Assembly (NCBI RefSeq): GCF_026210795.1
Contig: NC_089432.1
Location: 5,766,001 to 5,830,000, forward strand
Reading direction: 5' to 3'
DNA length: 64,000 nucleotides
Source: Rhizophagus irregularis
Lineage: Eukaryota
Part shown: piece after piece, positions 28,276 through 38,999 of the stretch
Layout: every line of letters starts with the position of its first letter
How positions within the stretch are numbered: the first letter of the stretch is position 1
Notes under the pieces: model-generated
Told to the model about the DNA's origin: nothing
Database searches by the model: none
Seen by the model: the letters and a program-made list of their open reading frames with translations, nothing else
Program-made: the position numbers and the translations under genes

Positions 28276-28346
28276 ATAAGATGGGAAACATTTTAGAATT
28301 TATTAATTGAAGAAAAAAATTTTTAGGTTATTAGTACACAACCAGT

Positions 28347-31300
28347 ATGGCAACAAGCAATCGAACTTGTGATAGATGTGGAAAGACTTTTGCAACTCCA
28401 CAAAAGCTTCGTGGGCATCAAAATAGAAAGTTTCTATGCAAGCCTATAGATAACCCTCAGGATCCCACACCTGAGATTGTACAATTGCAACCACAACCAG
28501 AGCAATTCCAGGATTAGAGCTCCGAATGTCAGGTCAGAGGTAGGGTTAATGATAAACCTGACCTGAAATTTTTTTCAGGTCAGGTCAGGTCAGGTTATAT
28601 CAGGTTGTCTGTTCATCCCGACCTGACCTGAAACCTGAAAATTTTCAGGACTATTTTTATTAAAGTATTGAAAAAAAACAGTACAAAACTTTTTTTTTTT
28701 AATATAATATTATGAAAAAAAAACGTTTTTGCAACGTTTTTTATTAAAATATCGAAAAAAAATATTGCAAAACATTTTTTTAAATATAACATTATGAAAA
28801 AAATGTTTTCGCAACGTTATTATTGAAATATCAAAAAAAAAAACGTTACGAAACATTTTTTTAATATAATATTATGAAAAAACGTTTTCGCAACATTTTT
28901 TCTCAAAATATTGCGATTCAACATTTTTATATTAAAATCATATAAAAAAGTGAATCGCAATACTGCAACTCACTTTTATTATATAAACTCAATATAAAAA
29001 AGTGAATCGCAATACTGCAACTCACTTTTATTATATAAACTCAATATAAAAAAGTGAATCGCAATACTGCAACTCACTTTTATTATATAGTAGAATCAAT
29101 AGTTTCAGGTCAACAGGTCAATCAGGTCAGGTCAATCTTCATACCTGACCTGAATTTTTTTTAAAAATCTCATACCTGACCTGAATTTCAGGTCAGGTCA
29201 GGTCAGGTTACCTGAATTTGGCTGACCTGTTCGGAGCTCTATCCAGGATCCCACACCTGAAATTGTACAATTGCAACCACAACCGGAGCAACTCCAGGAT
29301 CCCACACCTGAAGTTATCCCAGCTCATGCAGAGAAAACTCCTAATTTATCAATTGATGAACTAGCAAAATGGTTAGCAGGACCTGGTGATTACAATCAAT
29401 ATACTCCACGAAAAAGAAGAGTTACAAACAGATAATGAATGGTTTGCTTATATGCAAGGAGATTATAGAGGAAGATGGTGTGATATTCAATTTGTAAAAA
29501 GAGTTCATGATCCTGCACGTTCACATAAATCTCTAAAACATAAGACAGTATGGCAAGCTGATCTTAAACCAAATGTTAGAGATATACCATATTTTCCAAG
29601 TGTAATAGCTGATACCCGTCAGAAAATAACAGAAATTCTTGAGAGTGAACTTGAAAAAAAGGGCAAATCAAATCAGCTATCACTATATTGGCTACATATA
29701 CAGATAATAGTGGAACTTATAAGCAAGTTTATCATAGAGGAGTCATGCGTGTACTTCTTTTAAAGAATGATATAGATGATCATTTAACGAAATCAGCAAT
29801 AGATATCACGGATAAAATTGTCAAATTTATGAAAGGAGGGTCTGGTTGGAAAATTGTTAGTATAGATATATTAACTATTGAGACGTATACTTACCGCCGA
29901 GCAGAAGGAGGCTCATACATTCTTACACCTAAGGCACTTGCAAATAAGAAGTGCACTATCAATCCGGATAACAAAGATCTCATAGATCCGGACACAGGCT
30001 TGCCTTCTGAAAAATGTTTGCAAGGGGCTTTAGGTGCTTGCTTTGCATATAAAGATAGACATACACAAAAACTTGAGCGAATCTTTCGGGCAGAAAAATT
30101 TAAGCCATACTTGGAACAAGTCAATCTCAATGCAATTCCCATGCCCACTCCTGTTTGTCCACGCATATTTAGCAAGATTGAGGACCTCAATCCTGAGATC
30201 TCCATTAATGTATGGGAATGGGAGGAGAAAACTGGTATTCCAAAACCTGTTATTGCAAGTAAGAATTACAACCGTCAACATATCATTCACCTCATGGCCC
30301 TTACAGATATTACAAAATCAGATGAAGGAAAGTATGGTCAGAAGAATCACTTCCTTTGGATTAAGAATCCTGATGCTTTAATATACAAAGATACATCCCA
30401 CAAGGGAAAGAAGCATCTTTGCAATCGGTGCTTCCAAAGCTTTCCATCGTCTAAATCTTTAACTAATCATCAGGAATGGTGTTTTGGATTAGGTGAGTCA
30501 CCACAAAGAGTTGAGTTACCAGTTAAAGGTAAGAATGATTTTGAGGAGTTTAAGAATTTTAACCGAACAATGTATGCCCCATGTGTAATTATTGCAGGAC
30601 TTTGAGGCTGATAACAGAAAGTGTAATGAAAACTATGGTGGAAATATGCATAAGATTATGGAGCAAAAGGCTAACAGCTTCTGCTATATGGTCCACTGGA
30701 TTGAAACTGATGAGACATGGGGGCCATTCTTATACCGAGGACCAAATGCAACAGAAGAGTTTGTCAGCAGACTTGATAAAGAATTAAGAAGGATTAATGA
30801 TGTTTTAGAAGTAAAAGTAGAACGTATTGTAACAGAGGAAGCTAAAAAGGAATTCACTGAAGCAGTTAGTTGTTGGATATGTAATGGGAATTTCAATCAG
30901 GACGTGCAAGACAAAAAAGTTTGGGATCACTGCCACATCACAGGTAAGTTTCGTGGGGCTGCTCATAATGCATGCAATCTTAAGCTTCAAATCGAAGCAT
31001 GGAAGACTCCAATTCCTGTAGTATTTATAACTTCCGTGGCTATGACTCCCATTTAGTTTGTGAATCTGTTGGACGATCAATTGGAGCACATCAAATCAAA
31101 GTTATTGCAGAGACATTTGAACGTTACAAATCCATGAAAGTAGGGCAATTCAAGTACATTGATAGCATGCAGTTCATGGCTTCCAGTCTTGCAAACCTTG
31201 CAAAGAATTTAGGGACAGATAAACCCCTTACAAAGCAACACTTCAACAACTTCTCGTCTGAACATATTGACTTAATCACACGTAAGGGGGTTTATCCTTA

Positions 31301-33198
31301 TGAATATATTGATTCACATGATCGTTTTAAGGAGACAGAACTCCCATCTATTCATGACTTTCATAGTACTCTTGGAGGAAAGATCACTCAGAATAATTAT
31401 AAACATGCACAAAAAGTTTGGAAGGAATTTGGCTGCAAAAACTTGGGCGAGTATCATGACCTTTACCTTAAGACTGATGTTCTTCTCCTAGCAGATGTCT
31501 GGACAAAATTTAGACAAACAGCGATGCATCATTATGGACTTGACCTAAGTCATTATGTCTCTGCTCCTGCACTTTCTTGGGATGGCATGCTTAAGATGAC
31601 TGGAGTTAAAATAGAGCTATTCACTGACATGACCATGCATGATTTTACTGAAAAGGCTAAATGTGGAGGAATAGCTATGGCAGGACACCGTTTCTTAAAA
31701 GCCAATAACCCTAAGATAGGTGACTCCTTTAATCCCTCTAAACCTACTACCTGGATTTCCTATGTAGATGCAAACAATCTGTATGGATGGGCTATGAGCC
31801 AGTATTTACCTATTGGTAATTACAGATGGGAAGCATCTCCAGAATATTTCAAACAGAATCCAGATAAGCAGAAGCAGATACTTAATGTAATTCTTAATAC
31901 AAAACCAGATGCTACCCGTGGTTACTTCCTAAATATCAAAGCGCACTTCCCTCTTAAGACTCATGATTATCTACAAGATTTACCTCCTGCAGTTGATAGT
32001 ATAGCTGTAAAAAAGGATAGGTTAAGTCCATATATAACCAAACTTGTTGATAACTTAGATGGAGGGCGATTCCCTGAAACAGAGAAGTTAGTTCCACATC
32101 TTGGTAAACATGAAGATTATGTCATACATTACCAAGAGCTCCAGTATTACATTAAGTTAGGCATGGTTGTAGATGAGATTACACAAGTCCTATCATTTGA
32201 TCAGGATAACTGGTTAGCTCCTTATATTGCAAAAAATACAAATTTACGTCAACAATCCAAGAATTCATTTGAGAAAGACTTCTTTAAACTCATGAATAAC
32301 TCAGTCTATGGCAAGACTATGGAGAATGTACGTAAGTATCAGGATGTCAAGCTTATGAGAATGATCAATGAAAATGATGAAAAGAAATTCCTTAAGAAAG
32401 TTCGCAAGCCCTCCTTCAAGTATGCTCGTCAACTTGGCAACACACTTGTAGGAGCACATATGGGTAAGGCTAGTGTTATTCTCAATAAACCTATCATTGT
32501 CAGTGCATCTGTCCTTGGTCTCAGTAAACTCTTAATGTACCGCTTCTGGTATGGTTTTGTCAAGGAGAAGTATGGAGATAAGACACAACTTGGATATATG
32601 GATACTGACTCCTTTATCTACCATGTCGAGACAGAAGATATTTACAAGGATATGGCAGAGCGTCCAGATCTCTTTGACCTTAATGATACCAAGACTATCG
32701 GGCTTTTCAAGGATGAGACTCCTGGAAATGTAATTACTGAATCCTACCACATCCGTGCAAAATCCTACCACTATGTCTTGGCAGACAAGTCTACAAAGTC
32801 CAAACATAAAGGAGTAAGCAAGAAGGGTATGAGTGATATGGCTAAGGACACATATTTCCCATCTTTAGGTGGAACTTTATTAGATGATACAGTAGAAAAA
32901 GATGAAATCTTCGATCCTATGACTCAAGTATATCGGGACTGTCTGTTTGAAAATGGTGTCTTCTATGCTAAGAATGTGGGAATGCGTACAAAAAATCATG
33001 TAATATCACTAATCGAACTTGGAGAAGAAGGCATTATCTCCAATCGATACAAAACGCTGGATTTGGTCAGATGGTATATCCTCCTTACCATTCGGACACT
33101 GGCGTATTCAAGTATATAAGAAACTTCTTGAGCGTGGTATAAGTCATGAGGCAGCAGAAAAAATAGCTATAGGGACCAGATTACCAGAGAAATATTAG
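28347..33198 (+). pseudogene. Protein-primed family B DNA polymerase (Polinton type) with N-terminal C2H2 finger and endonuclease VII-like insert; interrupted by a MITE and several frameshifts
   Basis: MATSNRTCDRCGKTF..LRGH; ExoI VIIA-DFEA; CWIC...DHCHITGKFRGAAHNACNL; ExoII NFRGYDSHL; RKGVYPYEY; ExoIII YLKTDVLLL; motif A YVDANNLYGWAM; motif B KLMNNSVYGKT; motif C YMDTDSF; KHKGV. Confidence 0.95.
28515..29241. mobile_element. hAT-type MITE (727 bp) inserted in the 5' part of pPolB
   Basis: Perfect 12-bp TIR TAGAGCTCCGAA and perfect 8-bp TSD TCCAGGAT (28507-28514, 29242-29249). Subterminal tcaggtcagg repeats and an internal ~50-bp triple repeat at ~28940-29090. Confidence 0.93.
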
Positions 33199-33270
33199 AA
33201 TGATATAGAATAGTTTAGTGATATTTAGGCATATATTAATAATAAATTATATTTTTTCTCAGTAGTTAAA

Positions 33271-33540
33271 ATGGAAGACGATCCAATCTATAATATACAT
33301 AGTAAAGAATATATCGATGACCTAGTGCATGTTACAATTCGGAGAGGTCTCTTTAAAGATGTAGAGGATGCAAAAAAAAGTATAAAGGCATTAGCTAAAA
33401 TGGTCATAAGTTCTAAGACTAGTATTGATGCATTTATGAAATGCCCTGTACCAAACATTCCAAATGCCTTTTATGACTTAGTAGAGGCATTTTATTATTC
33501 AATACTAAGAGAAAGACAATCATTAGCACATGACATCTAA
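33271..33540 (+). CDS. Element ORF of unknown function (89 aa)
   Basis: Intact ATG-to-stop ORF just downstream of pPolB, inside the TIRs. Confidence 0.55.
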   Translation: MEDDPIYNIHSKEYIDDLVHVTIRRGLFKDVEDAKKSIKALAKMVISSKTSIDAFMKCPVPNIPNAFYDLVEAFYYSILRERQSLAHDI

Positions 33541-33632
33541 CAGATTTCTGGGAGGTGTCATATGATAAGATATTCTATGGAATTCTTCAGAATTCTTTGG
33601 AATTCCAAATTTTTTTTTCGTAATAAGAACTA

Positions 33633-34069
33633 ATGTCTTTCAACCAGGTATACACTGAGCTACTAGTTATATTACCAGCTTCTGTAATACATGAGGCATG
33701 GATTCGTCTCACAACAAGGAAGCGTGAAGTCACTATCTGCCTGATGCCAGTGGAGTAAATTCCATGGTAGAGTTATTTTTGAAACATGAAGTAGAAAGAT
33801 ACCAGAAAAAATTAGCACGTCAGAGACTAACTGTTAAACAGACATATATGCCAAGAAACAGAATGATACAAGACATGATTAGTGAAGAGGTTTCCATACT
33901 TCAGAAGCACTTGCTTGAATATAATAAGGTTACTTTTGGCCGATTCATGCAGAACCTTACTAAAGAACATGAGAAATTGATCAAGACAAATCATCAGATA
34001 CGACATGAAATTGATACCATGAAGAAGCAAGTACGAGAAATAGAAAAAAAACTTGCTTCCATGTCGTAG
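33633..34069 (+). CDS. Element ORF, coiled-coil rich, probably frameshifted in its 5' part
   Basis: ATG at 33633 (MSFNQVYTEL..). The 33764-34069 frame has a heptad-rich C-terminus (EHEKLIKTNHQIRHEIDTMKKQVREIEKKL). Confidence 0.5.
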
Positions 34070-34074
34070 TTCCC

Positions 34075-35245
34075 ATTATTCATCAAGAAATAGACGAATG
34101 GGTACTGTTGCTTTACTCAAATTTTGTGTGGACTACGCATGGGATTTTTTTACTGTGCATAGACTTTGCATGGACTTTGCATGGGAAATTTTAACTGCAC
34201 ATGGGCTTTGCATGGGCTTTGCATGGGACTTTTTTACTGCACATGGATTTTTTCGTAAAAAATGTTGTCTAAGATTAGAAGGATATGGGAATTCCTTCCC
34301 ACAATGCTGATAGGTACGATCAGCTAGTTTTTTTTTTATAGGTGGCTGGCTATCTACTGCAAAAACATTACGTTGTGCCTTATGTACAGAGAGAGGAATT
34401 GAGACAACCTGTCCATTTACATTTGCTTTGAACTCACCCTTTACTACAGGTTCCCAACCTGCACGATACTGCCACTATGTACCAAGTATTAGCAATGATT
34501 TGTCCTTACCATTTCGATCCTTCTCGGTAGGTATAACAGGAGAATTCGTCTGATATAGTGACTGTATTTGTACCTTCACCGATAGTTATGGGAATTTCAT
34601 TGATAGTGCCAAGAGTTTTGGTTGATCCAGCTACACCATTAAGTGCATGTATATTCTTTCGATCTATTTTGAGACCTAGATGCTTAGCTACATTCTCAGA
34701 GATTACTGAAGAGTCAGGACCCTGTATCGATCATAGCATAGGGTATGCATACATTTTTGATTTTACAGGAAATGGTCACTACATCATTGGGATCATCTAA
34801 CTGGAGAAAGTTGATTTAACTGGGTAACTGGCCAGTATAGGTTTTCTGCTGATAGGCACGTATTGATGGTTCAGTGTTTTGTCTTCTTTCTGTTCTACTT
34901 CAGATGGTACATCTGCAGGAGGAGTTGGTAATAGTGGAGTTGCTGTATTTACAGCATGAGCTAGAAGGAGATAAAATGTCTTGCATATTTGCTGAAAGAA
35001 CATCCCAGAGTTTCTTTCTTTCACTAACTGGATAGTCACTAACAAAATGGTTTAAAAGCGGGTCTTTCAGATTCTCATATGCTTGATTGGTCTAAGCATT
35101 AATCTGTAAGAGGATTTCTTTAGGACATTGTGCTGCTAGTGAAGCAATTATTATGACTTCAGTGCTGCATGAAAGACTTCATCAGTTTTCTTGAGAATAG
35201 GTTCTCTTTTAGATTTGGAAGTACGGGATTTTTTTCCCTTTGGTT
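34075..35245 (-). pseudogene. Retropepsin-like aspartic protease region plus C-terminal zinc-finger-like motif, downstream of the Gag-like ORF
   Basis: Reconstructed across indels: VTISCKIKNVCIPYAMIDTG.DSSVISENVAKHLGLKIDR..ALNGVAGSTKTLGTINEIPITIG...LLILGT*WQYRAG. DTG is at ~34720-34728. Followed by RTYQHCGKEFPYPSNLRQHFLRKNPC. Confidence 0.82.
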
Positions 35246-35246
35246 T

Positions 35247-37317
35247 TTACTGAAACTCCACGTCGACGAGTTTTTTTTTTACACTAAAGCAATTCTGAGG
35301 TTCATCCTCCTCCTCTTCTTCTTCAGTTAACTCTTCCTCAGTTTCTTCATCAGTTTCCTCATCACTTTCAGATTCTTCATAGTCAACTATGTGAGTATTG
35401 TTAACTTTCTTAGTACGTCTACTCCGTGAACACTTGTTTTTGGAATGACCTGTTCTACCACAGTTTGAGCAATGACGTTTAGAAGAAGATTTGGTTGTCT
35501 TTGTCACCTTTTTAACCTGGCCAGTTCCAAAGTGATCTTTTCTTAGATGTTGTGTTTGTCCACCTAACTTTCTGGTAAGATCACTCTCAATGAAAGTATG
35601 TATTGCTACAGGATTTGTTATGTCACCAGTATGGCCAAGACGTACTGCTATATCTGCAAGCTTTTCTAATGCAGTTCTATTCTGTGGTTGTTCTACTATA
35701 GTGGTTGGATTTTTTTCGCCCTCCACTTTCATACCATTTATTACGTAACTCATTAAAGAAAGCATCAAGATCAGCAGGAGCAGCAATTCTAACTCTCATT
35801 TCTAAAACATCAGGCAAATGATTATATAGATAAGGTAAAATTTCAGCATATACTTGTCCTTATGCTAATGATCGAATCCTTTTTGCATATGTATCTGGTG
35901 TATCTATAGGAGAAAATGATTCATTCATGAGTGCTATTATAGCACCTTGATTTGTTCCAACCATCACATCTCTATATTTTCCTTGCAGCCAGTTTAGAAA
36001 CTCTGGTTCTGTATTAATAGCAGCATTGGCATTATATGGATTATTTGCTGGAACAGGAATAAATCTACCAGACATTTTATTTTTCATAACACTACACCTC
36101 ATAGCAGCATTAAAACCAGCAAAAGCTAGTGGACGAGCCATCTCATTGACAGCTCTAAGCTTTTGATAATAAGAGTCTGGCAGCTCTTGTCCATCATAAA
36201 ATGGTAACTGTGCAAGACCTGGTGATATAGTATGCATGACATTTTGTATTGTAGCCATGTTTGGAGGATTGTTTTGTAACGCTAATATTTGTTGTTGTAA
36301 ATTTAAAATATTTTGGGCCTGTGCTTGTACTTGGGTCTGTGAAATCCTATATTGTCTTTGCCAGTTTTGTGCCTGACGTATACAACCTGCATGCCTTCTT
36401 CTCCAACGTTCTGTATCAGCATTATAACGTAACATCAGCCTGTGTGCATTCCTTCTATGCTCAGCTATCTGATTCTGTTGGTTTACCAGCTGATTCTCGG
36501 GCTTGGTTTGCCGGTTGTCGCATCTTTACGTCTATTCAGAAAACGTATACCTAGATTGGCTATTTGTATTCCTGCAATACGTGCTTGATTCTGTTGTGCA
36601 ACAGTTTTCCAGTGTCTACGAGCATTTGTCTCATATGTAAAATCATCACGTACTCTTATTAAGTCTTTGATTAAGAGCATTTGTACGATCTAAAGATTCT
36701 CCAAGTAATGTCTGCAATCCTTCTATTTGATTTAGTTGGTCTACACCAATTTCTTGCATTAGAGCAGCTTGACGAATAATTTCATCAAGACTTTGAGTGG
36801 TAGCATTAAAGACATCATCTATGTCTTGTGGAATTAGAATCCTATTCCGATCAAAAAATAGTCAAATTTCAGACACACAATCTGCAACTGCCCGTCGGCG
36901 GTCTAGTATTCTTAGAATAGGATTGAATAATTCATTATCTTCATCCATTTCTATCTTTCCTTTACATAAAAATAATTCTTGAATGCATTTTTTGAGTTTA
37001 TCTACTGTGTCTTCAAGCTGAATAATATGTTCATCCTGGGCAACAAGTGCTTCTTCCTTTAACTCTAAGTGATCTCGATACTTTCCAAGTTCAACTAAAG
37101 TGGACTGACACTCTGCTTTTAACTGATCGATCTCATCCTCACGTGAAACAAGATTTTTTTCAAGATAGAAGATATATCGTTCACATGCCTCTATCTCCTT
37201 TGTGAGTTTACGGATTTTCTCCTTATTGGAAATATTATTTGTTTCCTCTAATATCAGCTCTTTACGTAAAGCAAAGTTGCTATTTAGCAGATCAAGATAT
37301 GCCGATTCAATACCCAT
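35247..37317 (-). pseudogene. Gag-like protein: N-terminal coiled coil, capsid-like region, CCHC zinc knuckle, acidic tract (broken by stops and indels)
   Basis: ORFs 36862-37320, 36483-36680, 35860-36435 and 35247-35786 are collinear. LPFYDGQELPDSYYQKL...EFLNWLQGKY...ESFSPIDTPDTYAKRIRSL is MHR-like. CSNCGRTGHSKNKC (CX2CX4HX4C) is at 35430-35471. Confidence 0.72.
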
Positions 37318-38414
37318 CAATTCCTATTATTAAAATAGATTCTGATGAAGCACGAAATGTAGAGGTGACTTCGACTTTATGCAGAATATTTTATCAACCA
37401 TCTGGATATCAGAGGACTGCCAAAAAATTGTATGAGACATCACAAAATGCTGGATATGATTTCACCTTAGATGAAGTGCAGGATTGGCTTGGAAAGACAG
37501 GCAGTACATCAAGTCCACAAACCTCGTCCCCGATTTATCCTTTGTGTAAGTTTTAGTTCTATACAAGTCTGTTAATGAAGTTCATCGAAGCTGACATTTT
37601 GTATATGCCATATGACGAGGTTGGACATGTGACTTATCTTTTCTGTCTCAATATAGTTGATATAGCATCGAGGTATAAAGAAAGTGTCCCTATAGGTTCA
37701 ACCAGTGTTAAAGATCGACAGGGAATCCTAACTTCTCATACTATTGCTCGAGGCTTTTGAAAAGGTATATGATGATACGAACATGTCCGCTCAACTTGCT
37801 TGAAAATTATTGATTACAGATAGGGGTTCGAGTTTAAAGGTGAGTGTGAAAAGTAGATGACTTCCCATGGTGTAAAGATTCAGAAGGCCAAGTCTAAGCG
37901 TACTGTTGGCATTGTGGAGCGATATAACCGTACCTGGGTTGAAAAACTATTTCCCTCTCAAGATGCATCTGATTTACTAACTTTAGGTAAAACGAGATCT
38001 CAGTACGGGTAAAAAACTTACCTATTGCTGTAGAAAGTATAAATAACTCAGTGACCCAACAACTTGGTATATCTCCTGCTGTAGCTATAAAAAAATCACG
38101 AGTGTCTTTCAGATCTTCTTATCCTCGTGATGGACCTGTTGGGTATGAAGAGGAGAAACTACCACCTGATATAAGTGTAAGGTACTTACTTGAACCAAAT
38201 GATCTGAAAGGTGGAAGACGTCGAGCAGGAGATATGAATTGGTCATGCAAGATTTATCATAATACGTATGCCTTTAACTTAGAAAAATCAACCAGTTTTG
38301 TACTGGCTTATTGATGATGATGGTAAAGAATCAGAGAGATCCTTTGTGAGGGAAGAACTTTTGGTTATACCAGATGATACAGAACTTCCACCACAATGGG
38401 TACTTATGAATTAA
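37299..38414 (+). pseudogene. Polinton-type retroviral-like (rve, DDE) integrase, frameshifted
   Basis: IFYQPSGYQRTAKKLY..EVQDWL..QVHKPRP, EADILYMPYD, IVDIASRYKESVPI, ITDRG-EFKG, GIVERYNRT, DMNWS and SFVREELLVIPDDTELPP. Confidence 0.9.
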
Positions 38415-38452
38415 GATAGTCTTCTACCTCATCATCTGCTTGTATGCGGAAG

Positions 38453-38772
38453 TTAGTCTTTCGTCAATTCATAGTATAACCTGTATAGCTTATTAATAGC
38501 AGACAAAAGTTTTGGCTCTCTGCTATACCAGGTCTTATAATTTTCCAAGATTTGCTGATACTTTGTCTCATTAGGTAGAATAGATTGTGCTGTTTCGAAA
38601 CAAAATTTTCTGGTTCTTCTCAGGCGCAATTTGATTATCCTTTGTTGTAAGCATAACATGAATTTACCATCCTTTGGTTTCTTGTAAAGGATGCCTGCTT
38701 TAATTACAGCAATTAGAGCTGATTCAATTTCACGGAATGTTGGCTTAGCTGGTATAGCTTGGGTAGACATCA
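38453..38772 (-). CDS. Element ORF of unknown function (~106 aa)
   Basis: MSTQAIPAKPTFREIESALIAVIKAGILYKKPKDGKFM..., convergent with the integrase inside the TIRs. Confidence 0.5.
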
Positions 38773-38999
38773 TTTTTTATATCATGTAAAGTTTTTTTTA
38801 ATTTAACTTATTTATACTTAATAAAAATGATTGGAGAATATACTTGTGAATATTTACATAACGCAGAAAGCGCGTGGTCGTCGCCTGTGTGAGCCAGAAG
38901 GTTGTCGCATTTATTGGAAGACAAAATCACGCTTTCCTTGTGCTGTATGTGGTAAACCTACAGGTTCATCTATAGTCGACGTCAATCTCATATTGGGAG

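Noticed and set aside
34075..38414. LTR retrotransposon (gag-pro-int) nested in the element
   Set aside because: No LTRs, PBS or RT/RNase H motifs seen. The integrase is on the opposite strand, upstream of gag and of Polinton type. A heavily deleted ancient insertion cannot be fully excluded from one copy.
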